The position numbers and the translations under genes are program-made. The notes beneath the pieces were generated by a model. That model searched no databases. It saw only the letters and a program-made list of their open reading frames with translations, and was not told where the DNA came from. Shown here in pieces: positions 46,408 through 56,159 of a DNA stretch of 64,000 nucleotides. How positions within the stretch are numbered: the stretch's first letter is position 1; each line of letters starts with the position of its first letter. Source of the stretch: Minisyncoccota bacterium (GTDB lineage: Bacteria; Patescibacteriota; Minisyncoccia; UBA6257; UBA9933); assembly GCA_041653755.1 (NCBI GenBank), contig JBAZEU010000001.1:129398-193397 (forward strand), read 5' to 3'.

Positions 46408-48833
46408 TACAAACAATTATCACCTCAATTATTTTAGCTGCCGCAATTATCTTTTTAAGCGTTTTTTCGATGCGAGTTAAAACAAGAAAGAATATTTTGC
46501 AAAGTTTAGAAATGGTTTTGTTTTCGATACGGATTCCAAAACATGAAAAGAAAATAGAAGGTCAGGCAGCAACAGAAGCGAAAAACTTGATTGGTATGAT
46601 GGAACAGATTTTTTCTTCTTTTATCTCTTTAAAACCAAATAAAAATTTAAAAGGACCGGCGCGGATAGTTTTTGAAATTGCTTCGCAGCAAGGCGGTAGT
46701 GATATTGAATTTTTTGTGGCTGTGCCAAAATTTCTGGAAACCGGCATTGAAAAGCAAATTCAAGGAATTTATGCCGGTGCAGTCGTAGAAAAAGTTTTGG
46801 AGGATTACACGATTTTTGAACCAGACAGCGTTTCTACCGGCTCATATCTAAAACTTAACGAAGACGCATTTTTACCCATAAATACTTATTCTGATCTTCA
46901 GCAAGATCCTTTGGCGGGAATTACTAACGCATTAAGTAAGATTGTCATTGAAGAAGGCGCAGCGGTTCAACTTGTTTTAAAACCATTCAATTATCAAAAG
47001 TTTAGAAGTCAGGGGACAAAACTGATTTCTTTATTACGAGAAGGAAAGAAATTTAAAACTGCTTTAGCAGAAGCCAAAAAAAGCGCCGGGCTTAAACTTG
47101 CTGAAGAAGCGTTTTCTGGAGTAGCCGGCACAGGCAAAACATCGAAAGAAAAACAACAAGAAGACAATAAGAAGCAATACGGAGTTGATGAGACAGCGGT
47201 AGAAGTTATCGGCAAAAAAATAAAAAAGCCGTTATTTGAATCAAATATACGATTAGTTGTTTCAGCGAAAACAGCGGAAAGAGCTGAAGAAATTTTAAGC
47301 CATCTTGAGAGCAGTTTCGGCCAGTTAGCGTCTTCTAATAGTTTTAAAAGCGTAAAAATAAGACCGCGGCAACTTCATAATTTTATTCATAATTTCAGTT
47401 TCAGGGATTTTTCAGAAGCGGAAAAGAATATTTTGAATATAGAAGAGCTTTCGAGCATTTATCATTTTCCAACACCTTACTTGGAAACGCCGAATATCAA
47501 ATGGATAAAAAGCACTTATGCTCCACCACCAGTTGAGCTTCCGCAGTCAGGAGAAATGCTTTTGGGGAAGATTGTTTTCCGCGGAGAAGAAAAACCGGTT
47601 TATTTCCATTCGGTTGATGACAGAAGAAGGCATTTTTACGTCGTCGGACAAACCGGCACCGGTAAAAGCTCTTTGTTGCGCGAGATGATTCGTCAGGATA
47701 TTGAAAGCGGCAAAGGAGTGGCTGTAATTGATCCTCATGGCGATTTAATTGAAGATACTTTAGCTAATATCCCGAAAAATCGTCTTGAAGATGTTGTTCT
47801 ATTCGAGCCGTTTAATATGGAACGACCGATTGGTCTTAATATGCTCGAATATGATTCGCCGGAACAGAAGGATTTCGCGGTTCAGGAAATGATTTCTATC
47901 TTTCAGAAGCTTTTTCCGCCAGAAATTATCGGTCCGATGTTCGAGCATTATATGAGAAATGCGATGCTGGCGTTAATGGCGGATAAAAATAATCCGGGGA
48001 CTTTAGTTGAAGTTCCCCGTATTTTCACTGACGCAGAATTTATGGAAGAAAGATTAAGCCATGTGACTGATCCGATTGTTCGTTCTTTTTGGGAAAAAGA
48101 ATGGAAGCAGACAACCGGGCAAAGTAAATCAGAAATGTTGGGCTATGTTGTTTCAAAAGTCGGCAGATTCATTGAGAATGAAATGATGAGGAATATAATC
48201 GGCCAATCGCATTCAGGGTTTGATTTAGCGGAAGTTATGAATAATGGAAAGATATTTTTGGCGAATCTTTCAAAGGGGCAAACAGGAGAAGTGAATAGTT
48301 CGTTATTGGGATTAATTTTGGTCTCCAAAATGCAAATGGCGGCAATGAGAAGAGCAAATCTTCCGCAGGAAGAAAGAAAAGATTTTTATCTTTATGTCGA
48401 CGAGTTCCAAAATTTTACAACCGATAGTATCGTGACAATTTTGTCAGAAGCCAGAAAATATAAGCTTAATTTGATTTTGGCGCATCAATATATTCCTCAG
48501 CTTGAAGAACAGATTAAAAACGCGGTTGTCGGAAATGTCGGAACCATTGCTTCATTTAGGGTTGGAGCTGATGATGCTGAATTTTTGGAAAAACAATTCT
48601 CTCCGGAGTTTTCAAAGCACGATTTGGTTAATTTGGATAACTTTAACGCTATTTTGAAAATGATTATAAATAATAAGATTTCTACGCCTTTCAGGATGGA
48701 AACCATATTGCCAAAGAAAGGGGATTATGATATAATTCAACCATTGAGAGATTTATCGCAATTAAAATACGGAAAACCAAAAGAAATCGTGGAAAAAGAG
48801 ATTATAGAAAGATCGAAATTAGGGGCATTATAA
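46404..48833 (+). CDS. membrane-anchored FtsK/HerA-superfamily ATPase, type IV coupling protein (VirD4/TrwB)-like
   Basis: N-terminal transmembrane helix; Walker A GQTGTGKSS followed by VIDPHGD; Walker B LYVDEFQNF; about 350-aa N-terminal region of unknown type. Confidence 0.55.
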   Translation: MIQTIITSIILAAAIIFLSVFSMRVKTRKNILQSLEMVLFSIRIPKHEKKIEGQAATEAKNLIGMMEQIFSSFISLKPNKNLKGPARIVFEIASQQGGSDIEFFVAVPKFLETGIEKQIQGIYAGAVVEKVLEDYTIFEPDSVSTGSYLKLNEDAFLPINTYSDLQQDPLAGITNALSKIVIEEGAAVQLVLKPFNYQKFRSQGTKLISLLREGKKFKTALAEAKKSAGLKLAEEAFSGVAGTGKTSKEKQQEDNKKQYGVDETAVEVIGKKIKKPLFESNIRLVVSAKTAERAEEILSHLESSFGQLASSNSFKSVKIRPRQLHNFIHNFSFRDFSEAEKNILNIEELSSIYHFPTPYLETPNIKWIKSTYAPPPVELPQSGEMLLGKIVFRGEEKPVYFHSVDDRRRHFYVVGQTGTGKSSLLREMIRQDIESGKGVAVIDPHGDLIEDTLANIPKNRLEDVVLFEPFNMERPIGLNMLEYDSPEQKDFAVQEMISIFQKLFPPEIIGPMFEHYMRNAMLALMADKNNPGTLVEVPRIFTDAEFMEERLSHVTDPIVRSFWEKEWKQTTGQSKSEMLGYVVSKVGRFIENEMMRNIIGQSHSGFDLAEVMNNGKIFLANLSKGQTGEVNSSLLGLILVSKMQMAAMRRANLPQEERKDFYLYVDEFQNFTTDSIVTILSEARKYKLNLILAHQYIPQLEEQIKNAVVGNVGTIASFRVGADDAEFLEKQFSPEFSKHDLVNLDNFNAILKMIINNKISTPFRMETILPKKGDYDIIQPLRDLSQLKYGKPKEIVEKEIIERSKLGAL

Positions 48834-48846
48834 TTAATAAAAATAT

Positions 48847-49617
48847 ATGAACAATATTGAAAAAGGACATCAATTTGAAGCACCGATAGAAGAAAGGGGA
48901 AAAGAACTTCCTTGGGATGCTGAAAAAGAAATTACCAAAGATGATTGGCAGGCAATGAAAAGCGAACTAGAGCATTACAGGAAAATAGGTGGTTGGGGAG
49001 GATTTTCTTCGCAAGCAATGGAAATGAAAATAATTAATCCTGAGATAGATCTTAATCTTGATGAAAAAGACTGGGAAGGAATGAAATGGATGTTAGAATT
49101 TTACAGGAAAAGAGATAGGGATAATAGAGTAGAAGGTAATTTGGAGGATTTTACCAAACAAGCAATGGAAATGAAGATTATTAATTCTGAAACAGAGCTT
49201 AATCTTGATACTAAAACTTGGCAAGGTATGAAAAATGAATTAGAGGGTCACAGGAAAGAAATTGATTTGCTGAGGCATTTTTTACCCAGGCAGGCGATGA
49301 GAATGAAAATCCTTAGCCCCGAGATAGATCTTAACCTTGATGAAAAAGATTGGCAAAAGATGAAAGATGGATTAGAAGACCGTAGAAAACAGGGTAATTG
49401 GTGGGATTTTTGTTCACGGGCAATGGAAATGAAAATTCTTGATCCTGAAGTAGAACTTAACCTTGATGAAAAAGCTTGGCAAGGGATGAAAGATGGATTA
49501 GCTTTTCATAGAAAAGGGCATAATTGGTTGCATTTTTCTCATCAAGCAATGGGGATGAAAATTCTTGCTAGTCCAAGAGTTAAAATCCCTCCAGAAGGAG
49601 GATTAGAAGTGGAGTAG
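48847..49617 (+). CDS. tandem-repeat protein (five ~40-aa repeats of QAMEMKI..PE.DLNLDEK.WQGMK..LE..RK)
   Basis: Internal periodicity visible in the translation. Confidence 0.5.
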   Translation: MNNIEKGHQFEAPIEERGKELPWDAEKEITKDDWQAMKSELEHYRKIGGWGGFSSQAMEMKIINPEIDLNLDEKDWEGMKWMLEFYRKRDRDNRVEGNLEDFTKQAMEMKIINSETELNLDTKTWQGMKNELEGHRKEIDLLRHFLPRQAMRMKILSPEIDLNLDEKDWQKMKDGLEDRRKQGNWWDFCSRAMEMKILDPEVELNLDEKAWQGMKDGLAFHRKGHNWLHFSHQAMGMKILASPRVKIPPEGGLEVE

Positions 49618-49621
49618 ATAT

Positions 49622-50413
49622 ATGGAAACATTAAGACACGAAAATTCTGAAGAAGAAAAGTTAGCGATAGAAAACCTTTACGAAACAGCAGGGGAACATG
49701 TTGCTGAGTTTTTGCCGCAACTAAAAGAATTATCAAAGGAATTAAACGAGAAAGGTTTTCCGGTAGATGAAAATTGCAGAATAAAAATAGAATCATTTAT
49801 TGGCAAAGAAGGTTTTAGCGAAGAGATGATTCAAAAGGATAGTCAGGCAGCTCTTAGCTTAGAAAAGAAATTTTTGGAACAAGACGGAGATAAAGAAGTT
49901 CAAGAGAAAAACATTGGTGAATTGATGGAGATAATGAAAACCTTAGCTTTCAATAAACATTGGTTTCAAAGCCGCTTAATTGCCTTGAGAACCACTAAAT
50001 TTGATGATTATTTTAGTGGTATAGATGAGATCGTTTTCGATACTGAAACTCACCAACCGCTTGCGGCAATTGACACAACTACAAATCCTCAGGAAAAAGC
50101 TAAGTTGGTGAAAGAGCAAATTAAAAAAGGCGGCAGAGTAAGATATGGCTTTGATACAAAGGATGGTAAAGAAAAATCATTAAAAGATTTACCAACTTTT
50201 ATAATTTCTTTAACAGCGAAGGATCTTTCTAGGATAATAGAAGGCCTTAAAGGGAATGAAGAGTTTGATAAAAATTTTCATTACGAACAACAGATTATTT
50301 GGTCCTTAGGACAACAAAGTATTGCTTTTCAGGCCTTTGTTGATAAAGAAAACCCAGCGGTAAAGGAATCGTACCATAGGGCTGGAAAAATCTTTAAAGG
50401 TTTGATAAGATAA
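49622..50413 (+). CDS. hypothetical protein
   Basis: 4-nt gap from the upstream gene; no recognisable motif. Confidence 0.5.
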   Translation: METLRHENSEEEKLAIENLYETAGEHVAEFLPQLKELSKELNEKGFPVDENCRIKIESFIGKEGFSEEMIQKDSQAALSLEKKFLEQDGDKEVQEKNIGELMEIMKTLAFNKHWFQSRLIALRTTKFDDYFSGIDEIVFDTETHQPLAAIDTTTNPQEKAKLVKEQIKKGGRVRYGFDTKDGKEKSLKDLPTFIISLTAKDLSRIIEGLKGNEEFDKNFHYEQQIIWSLGQQSIAFQAFVDKENPAVKESYHRAGKIFKGLIR

Positions 50414-50458
50414 GAATCTATAGAAAGCTTAAGGCTTTATATATCAAATAAATTTGCT

Positions 50459-50764
50459 ATGAAAACAGCAGTAATTGAGACCGGCGGAAAGCAATATAAG
50501 GTTTCTGAAGGCCAAAAATTGAAGATTGAAAAACTTGCCGTTGATAAAGACGGCAAAGTTATTTTTGACAAAGTTTTGTTAGTTGCTGACAAAGACACGA
50601 AAATCGGAGGACCATATTTAAAAGGCGAAAAAGTGGAAGCGAAAGTTGTGAGACAAGGGAGAGATAAAAAGAAAATTGTTTTTAGATATCACTCAAAGAC
50701 TCGTTATAGAAAGAAAAAAGGTCACAGACAGCCTTTTACCGAAGTAGAAATAACTAAAGTTTAA
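50459..50764 (+). CDS. rplU: 50S ribosomal protein L21
   Basis: MKTAVIETGGKQYKVSEGQ. Confidence 0.9.
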   Translation: MKTAVIETGGKQYKVSEGQKLKIEKLAVDKDGKVIFDKVLLVADKDTKIGGPYLKGEKVEAKVVRQGRDKKKIVFRYHSKTRYRKKKGHRQPFTEVEITKV

Positions 50765-50795
50765 AAAAGAGAACGATTAACCGTTCTCTTTTTTA
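50763..50795. terminator. bidirectional intrinsic terminator
   Basis: A6-AGAGAACG-ATTAAC-CGTTCTCT-T6 between convergent rplU and recR. Confidence 0.7.
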
Positions 50796-51416
50796 AACCC
50801 TTCGGTCTAAGGCTGAACCAAGAGTATCTTCGTCGGCGAATTCTATTTCACCTCCTCGAGGAATTCCTTGGCCTAAACGGGTAATTTTTTTGGCAAACGG
50901 CCTGAGCTCTTGAATAAGCACAAGGGCATTCAGGTCGCCGTAAGAAGTAGGGCTGATTGCCAGAATAATTTCTTCAGCTTGGCCTTGTCCTGAGCTTGCC
51001 GAAGGGCTATTAAATTCTTTTTGGATAAAACTTTTAATATGGTTTAAGCGAAGTTTTTGGATGTTTTCCAGAACGCCGCTTTTTGAAAGTTCGCCTAAAA
51101 TCAAATATATGCCTTTGAATTTTTTTGTTTTTTCCAAAGAAATTTGGTCTGTTTCTTTTTCGACAACAGCGATTATTCTTTTATCTCTTTTTGGATCTTT
51201 GCAAATATCACAGAAATTGCCCGTATTAAGATGGGGAGCGAAGCATTGAGCGCATAATTTTAATGACTTTAAATTATTAATCGCTCTGGCAGTGTCGTCA
51301 AGTTTATCTTTTCCGCTATTTATAAAATAAAAAGCCAAGCGCGTAGCTTGTCTTGGGCCAACGCCAGGCAACTTAGAAAAAATTTCTATGAATTTTTCGA
51401 TGGGAGATGGAAGCAT
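50793..51416 (-). CDS. recR: recombination protein RecR
   Basis: HhH (LPGVGPRQATRLAFY), C4 zinc finger, Toprim. Confidence 0.85.
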   Translation of the reverse strand: MLPSPIEKFIEIFSKLPGVGPRQATRLAFYFINSGKDKLDDTARAINNLKSLKLCAQCFAPHLNTGNFCDICKDPKRDKRIIAVVEKETDQISLEKTKKFKGIYLILGELSKSGVLENIQKLRLNHIKSFIQKEFNSPSASSGQGQAEEIILAISPTSYGDLNALVLIQELRPFAKKITRLGQGIPRGGEIEFADEDTLGSALDRRV

Positions 51417-51417
51417 T

Positions 51418-52761
51418 CTATTCGTTTTCTACTTGATGTGTTTTATCAAGAGACACAAAACTTACTTTTTCAGCATCAAATTTTAATTTAACGGTACCCA
51501 AAGGACCGTTTCTGTGTTTGGAAACGAGAATTTCGGCCATGTTTTGTTCTTCAAGCGGGACATCAAGTCGGTCCCTATCTTTCCTGTAAATGAATAGAAC
51601 CACATCAGCATCTTGTTCGATAGAACCGGAGTCCCTAAGATCGGACAATCGAGGAATTTTTACTTCACGTTGGTCAACAGATCGAGAAAGCTGTGACAAT
51701 GCTAAGACAGGAGTATTCAATTCACGGGCCAAGCCCTTTAATCCTCGGCTTATTTCAGTTATTTGTTGGACCATATTTTCAGAATTGGTTCTGGGTTGAA
51801 TAAGTTGGAGATAGTCAACAACCAGCAAGCTTAATCCATGTTCTATCTGTAAGCGTCTTGCCATTGATCTCATTTCTAAGATATTCGGTGATGGCGTATC
51901 GTCTATAAAAAGAGGCGCTTTGGAAAGGCGATCTAAGGCCTCTTGGATCATTTCAAACTCTATATCGTCTGTCAGGCGGCCTGTTCTTAGCTTCCAGAGG
52001 GGTATTCCGGCTTCAGCGGCGATTAAACGGTCAACAACTTGCTCCCGGGACATTTCAAGAGAAAAGACGCCAACAGGCAGATTTTCTTTAACCGCAACAT
52101 TTCTGGCGATATCTAAGGCAAGGGCAGTTTTTCCCAATGAAGGTCTGGCGCCCAAAATAATCAAATCGGATTTTTGAAAACCGGAAAGAATACTGTCTAA
52201 TTCTTCGAAGCTGGTCGGAACTCCGCGAATTCTTTTTTCTCCTTGATGAAGTTTTTCGATTCTTTCATAAGCGTCTTTAAGATCTTCTTTAATTGGAGAA
52301 AAATGACTGCTGGTTGACGCTTGAGAAATGGCAAATATTTTTTTCTCAACTTCATCTAAAAATTCATCAGCTTCTTTGTCGGTGGAAAAAGCTTGTTCAT
52401 TTATCGAAGCAGAAGTGATAATTAATTCTCTGAAAACACTTTTGTGTTTTATAACTTCAGCGTAATGATTAATGTGGGCAGTGGTGGGAACTCCGTTTAT
52501 CAAATCGGTAAGGTATGATGATCCGCCGACATCGGCTAATTCTTTCTTTTCTTTTAAACGGGAAGTAACGCTTAAAATATCGATCGGTTTTCCTTTTGAA
52601 AATAAATCGATAATAATTTCAAAGATTCTTTGATGTTCCGGTTTATAGAAATCTTTCGGTGATAAAGAATCCGCTACTTTTATTATAGCGTTTGGTTCAA
52701 GCATCAATGCTCCTAAAACAGATTTTTCTGCGTCAATATCTTGTGGCGGAAGTTTTACCAT
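51418..52761 (-). CDS. dnaB: replicative DNA helicase
   Basis: DnaB N-terminus (DIDAEKSVLGALMLEP) and RecA-like Walker motifs (GARPSLGKT). Confidence 0.9.
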   Translation of the reverse strand: MVKLPPQDIDAEKSVLGALMLEPNAIIKVADSLSPKDFYKPEHQRIFEIIIDLFSKGKPIDILSVTSRLKEKKELADVGGSSYLTDLINGVPTTAHINHYAEVIKHKSVFRELIITSASINEQAFSTDKEADEFLDEVEKKIFAISQASTSSHFSPIKEDLKDAYERIEKLHQGEKRIRGVPTSFEELDSILSGFQKSDLIILGARPSLGKTALALDIARNVAVKENLPVGVFSLEMSREQVVDRLIAAEAGIPLWKLRTGRLTDDIEFEMIQEALDRLSKAPLFIDDTPSPNILEMRSMARRLQIEHGLSLLVVDYLQLIQPRTNSENMVQQITEISRGLKGLARELNTPVLALSQLSRSVDQREVKIPRLSDLRDSGSIEQDADVVLFIYRKDRDRLDVPLEEQNMAEILVSKHRNGPLGTVKLKFDAEKVSFVSLDKTHQVENE

Positions 52762-52876
52762 GCCTTTATAAAATCCTAAGTCCTAATATCTAAATCCTAA
52801 ACAAATCTTAATTACCGAATGACCAAAACCCGTTTTTAGAACATTTGAATTTTGGCTATTATTTAGAAATTAGAGT
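52762..52876 (-). repeat. TAGGATTT-rich intergenic element (inverted copy of 38595..38709), directly upstream of the dnaB start
   Basis: Reverse complement matches the ends of the rplJ-rplL spacer element. Confidence 0.5.
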
Positions 52877-54325
52877 TTAGAAATTAGAAATTTTTAATAA
52901 TAGTGGTCCTAGCGGTGTATCTTCTACACTATATCCTAACTTTTCTATTTTATTTCTCAATAGGTCAGCTGGGATAAACTGTTTATCCTTTCTTAATAAA
53001 TCACGCTTTTTTGCCAAATCCTTCACTTTTTTAGGTATTTTAAGCAGTTCCAATCTAATGCCTAATATGTCTAATTTAGCTTTAATTAGCTTGGTTATTG
53101 CTTTAGCTTGGTCTTTATCAAATTGCCAGATTTGATTTTGCCAGGAAGAAATCATGTCAAAAATTACCGACAAGGCCTTTGGAGTATTAAAATCGTTTTC
53201 TAAGGCTTCGGTGAAATTGCTGTCAAGAACTTCAATTAATTTATTTATTTCGAAAGAAGAACTTTTTTTATTGTTGGCGAGAATAATCAAATGCAATTTT
53301 CCTAAAAATTCTTTTATATTCTGAAGAGAATTTTTTGTTTGAAGAATTAGTTCGTCGGTGTAATTAATGGGGGATCGGTAATGGGATGATAAAATCAGCA
53401 TTCTTAAAACAGCCGGAGAATTATTTTTTAGGAAATCAGAGATTGAAATAAAATTTTTCAAACTTTTGGACATTTTTTTGTCATCAACCAAAAGAAAACC
53501 GGTGTGCATCCAAATTTTCACAAAAGGCTTTTTACCGGAAGCAGATTCCATCTGGGCGATTTCTGATTCGTGGTGAGGAAATTTTAAATCCATTCCGCCT
53601 CCATGAATATCGTATTGAGGACCAAAAAACTTCTCGGCAATAGCCGTGTCTTCAATATGCCAGCCGGGGCGGCCCCAGCCCCAAGGCGATTGCCACATTG
53701 GTTCGCCATCTAAAATTTGAAATTTTGATTTTTGATTTTGTTTAGAGTTTAGGGTTTGGGATTTAGGATTTGATTTCTTCCAGAGGGAGAAATCCAGCGG
53801 ATCTTTTTTCTGCGGATCTGGTTCAATACGCCAGCCGGGCCTCAATTGGTCTAGCGATTGCTTGGAAAGCTTGCCATAACTCTTAGCCTTTTTTACTTCA
53901 AAATATATTCCATTATCGGTTTCATAAGCAAAATATTTCTTTAGAAGGGTAGCAATTTGTTTTTGAATTTGTGGGATGTGATCGGTTGCCCGGGCATATT
54001 TATCTACTGAATCAATGCCAATTTTCTTCATTATTTTTTTGTATTCGGCCTCAAAGAACTTGGCTAATTCTAAAGGATTTTTATTGGTTTCTTTCGCGCG
54101 TTCAATAATTTTATCGTCGACATCGGTAATGTTTTGGAGGTAAAAAACCTTTATTTTTTGCGACCTTAAAAAACGAACAAAAGTGTCAAAAACAATATAG
54201 GTTCTGGCGTGACCAATATGAGGAAAATCATAAACAGTTGGTCCGCAGACGAATAATCTTAAAAAGCCCTTTTTGGGGAGTTCAAGGACTTGTTTTTTAT
54301 TAGAAAGAGTGTCGAGAATTTCCAT
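52877..54325 (-). CDS. cysS: cysteine--tRNA ligase with in-frame low-complexity insertion
   Basis: HIGH (HIGHARTY) and KMSKS motifs; 18-aa insert SNPKSQTLNSKQNQKSKFQIL encoded by repeat-like DNA. Confidence 0.9.
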   Translation of the reverse strand: MEILDTLSNKKQVLELPKKGFLRLFVCGPTVYDFPHIGHARTYIVFDTFVRFLRSQKIKVFYLQNITDVDDKIIERAKETNKNPLELAKFFEAEYKKIMKKIGIDSVDKYARATDHIPQIQKQIATLLKKYFAYETDNGIYFEVKKAKSYGKLSKQSLDQLRPGWRIEPDPQKKDPLDFSLWKKSNPKSQTLNSKQNQKSKFQILDGEPMWQSPWGWGRPGWHIEDTAIAEKFFGPQYDIHGGGMDLKFPHHESEIAQMESASGKKPFVKIWMHTGFLLVDDKKMSKSLKNFISISDFLKNNSPAVLRMLILSSHYRSPINYTDELILQTKNSLQNIKEFLGKLHLIILANNKKSSSFEINKLIEVLDSNFTEALENDFNTPKALSVIFDMISSWQNQIWQFDKDQAKAITKLIKAKLDILGIRLELLKIPKKVKDLAKKRDLLRKDKQFIPADLLRNKIEKLGYSVEDTPLGPLLLKISNF

Positions 54326-54339
54326 TGCAGAAAGTTATT

Positions 54340-55260
54340 CTAAAACCAACCCTTTTTCTTGAAGAAATTTAGAATCAGTAGGGTTAAGACAATTACCGCT
54401 CCGAATTCGATCCAGAAATCAGAAATAATGTTATTTGTTAAAAGAGGTTTCATTATTATCCCGGCTTGATAAACGCTTGTTAAAAGCACCAAAGGAAAAG
54501 TAAGAAAAGCCAATATTGTGATTCTTTGCGCTATAGAATTTATTTTTGTATTTAACAGCTGAGCGTTAGTTTCTTCGAATGATCCAATAGTTTCTTTGTA
54601 GTTAATACAATATTGAAGAACTCTCAAATAATCTCCTTCAAGATCAGAAAAATAAATTTGAATTTCCGGACCCCAGAAATTAGGCCCAACAATCGTTAGT
54701 GATTTAAAAACACTTTGTTGTGGTTGAAAGGACAAGTAAAAACTTAAAAGATCTCTTTTAACATAAGAAATATCTTCAAGCATTTTTCTCTCGTTGCCTG
54801 AAAAAAGTTCTTTCCTAATATTTTCTACTTTTTCATCAATGTGCCTTAATTGTTGGAAAGCATATGTTAGGCAATAGCCCATAAGATTATAAAGAAGACG
54901 GGCAGTGGTTCCTCCCAATGCTCTGCTTTTATAAGGTTCATCTCTATCCAACTTATCGGCAAATGAATCTATTGGCTCTAATCTTTCATAAGAAACAGAA
55001 ATCACTGTTTCTTTAGTTATGATAAAATCAACTTCTCCGCGTCTGCAGGTTCTTTGATCGTGATCATAAACTGGAAGATGATAAATAAAATAAAGATAAG
55101 AATCATCTCTTTCAACTTTTGATCTTACAGAAGGATGAAGCAATTCTTCCAATATAATCGGGTGGATAGAAAATTCTTCAGCCAGAAACTGGAGATCTTT
55201 AAGGGTTGGTTTTACGATATTCACCCATGTGACAGCGCCTTTTTTTATTTTTGCAGCCAT
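54340..55260 (-). CDS. CorA-family divalent cation transporter (divergent, no canonical GMN)
   Basis: N-terminal IHPIILEEL, two C-terminal transmembrane helices. Confidence 0.55.
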   Translation of the reverse strand: MAAKIKKGAVTWVNIVKPTLKDLQFLAEEFSIHPIILEELLHPSVRSKVERDDSYLYFIYHLPVYDHDQRTCRRGEVDFIITKETVISVSYERLEPIDSFADKLDRDEPYKSRALGGTTARLLYNLMGYCLTYAFQQLRHIDEKVENIRKELFSGNERKMLEDISYVKRDLLSFYLSFQPQQSVFKSLTIVGPNFWGPEIQIYFSDLEGDYLRVLQYCINYKETIGSFEETNAQLLNTKINSIAQRITILAFLTFPLVLLTSVYQAGIIMKPLLTNNIISDFWIEFGAVIVLTLLILNFFKKKGWF

Positions 55261-55330
55261 ATTAGTTTAATAATAATAGAATATATGTTTGAAAGCAACA
55301 ATGGATTGAGGTAAGATAAAGCTACTATTT

Positions 55331-55594
55331 ATGTCGATTATAAAGAAGAAAATTTCGCCGGAATATTTTAACCTCATATCTTCTGGAAAGAAGAACTTCG
55401 AGGTTAGGCTGGCTGATTTTGACATCAAAGAAGGAGATACTTTGGTGTTGGAAGAGTGGGATCCAGAAACTAAACAATATACTGGTAGAAAAATAGAGAA
55501 GAAAGCAACTTATATCTATAAATTTAATCTCAACGACTTCGGGCAGGCAGAACAGATCAAAAAAGACGGCTTGTTTGTTATTCGGCTTGATTAA
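55331..55594 (+). CDS. small PUA/ASCH-like hypothetical protein
   Basis: 87-aa ORF divergent from corA. Confidence 0.4.
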   Translation: MSIIKKKISPEYFNLISSGKKNFEVRLADFDIKEGDTLVLEEWDPETKQYTGRKIEKKATYIYKFNLNDFGQAEQIKKDGLFVIRLD

Positions 55595-55629
55595 AAGCTC
55601 TTGACTCTCTCTCAAAAACCGCTAAAATA

Positions 55630-56142
55630 GTGGTATTACTAATGGATATTCAAGATAAAAATTCGATTCCCGAAGAACAATCATCGGTTCCTGAACCAGA
55701 GATAAATGAGAAAATACAAACAAAGGAAGAGGAGTATCTTGATGGTTGGAAAAGAGCAAAAGCAGAACTTCTTAATTATAAAAAAGACGAAGCAAAAAGA
55801 TTTGAATCAATAATCAGATTTTCTAACGAGTCGCTAGTGAAAGAATTATTGTCGGTTCTTGATAGCTTTGATTTAGCAGAGAATTCTTTTGGAGAGGACG
55901 CAAAAGCTCAAAAAGGTTTCTATCTTATCAAAAGCCAGCTTGAAGATGTTTTGAAAAGAAACGGTGTGGAAAAAATTAAAATAGAAATTGGTGAAACGTT
56001 TAATCCGGAATTTCATGAAGCGGTTGCGAATGTTGATTCAGATCAGCCGACTGATTCAATAATTGAAGAAATAGAGTCGGGCTATATCTTAAATGGAAAG
56101 ATTATAAGGCCAGCGAGAGTAAAAGTATCAAAAGGTCATTAA
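55630..56142 (+). CDS. grpE: nucleotide exchange factor GrpE
   Basis: GrpE coiled-coil region and C-terminal beta domain; upstream of dnaK. Confidence 0.85.
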   Translation: MVLLMDIQDKNSIPEEQSSVPEPEINEKIQTKEEEYLDGWKRAKAELLNYKKDEAKRFESIIRFSNESLVKELLSVLDSFDLAENSFGEDAKAQKGFYLIKSQLEDVLKRNGVEKIKIEIGETFNPEFHEAVANVDSDQPTDSIIEEIESGYILNGKIIRPARVKVSKGH

Positions 56143-56159
56143 ATTAAATTTTTAAAAAT

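Noticed and set aside
53745-53790. TTTAGGGTTTGGGATTTAGG resembles plant-type telomeric repeats
   Set aside because: It lies inside the cysS coding sequence and belongs to the TAGGATTT-rich repeat family seen in two intergenic regions. It has no telomere relevance in a bacterial chromosome.
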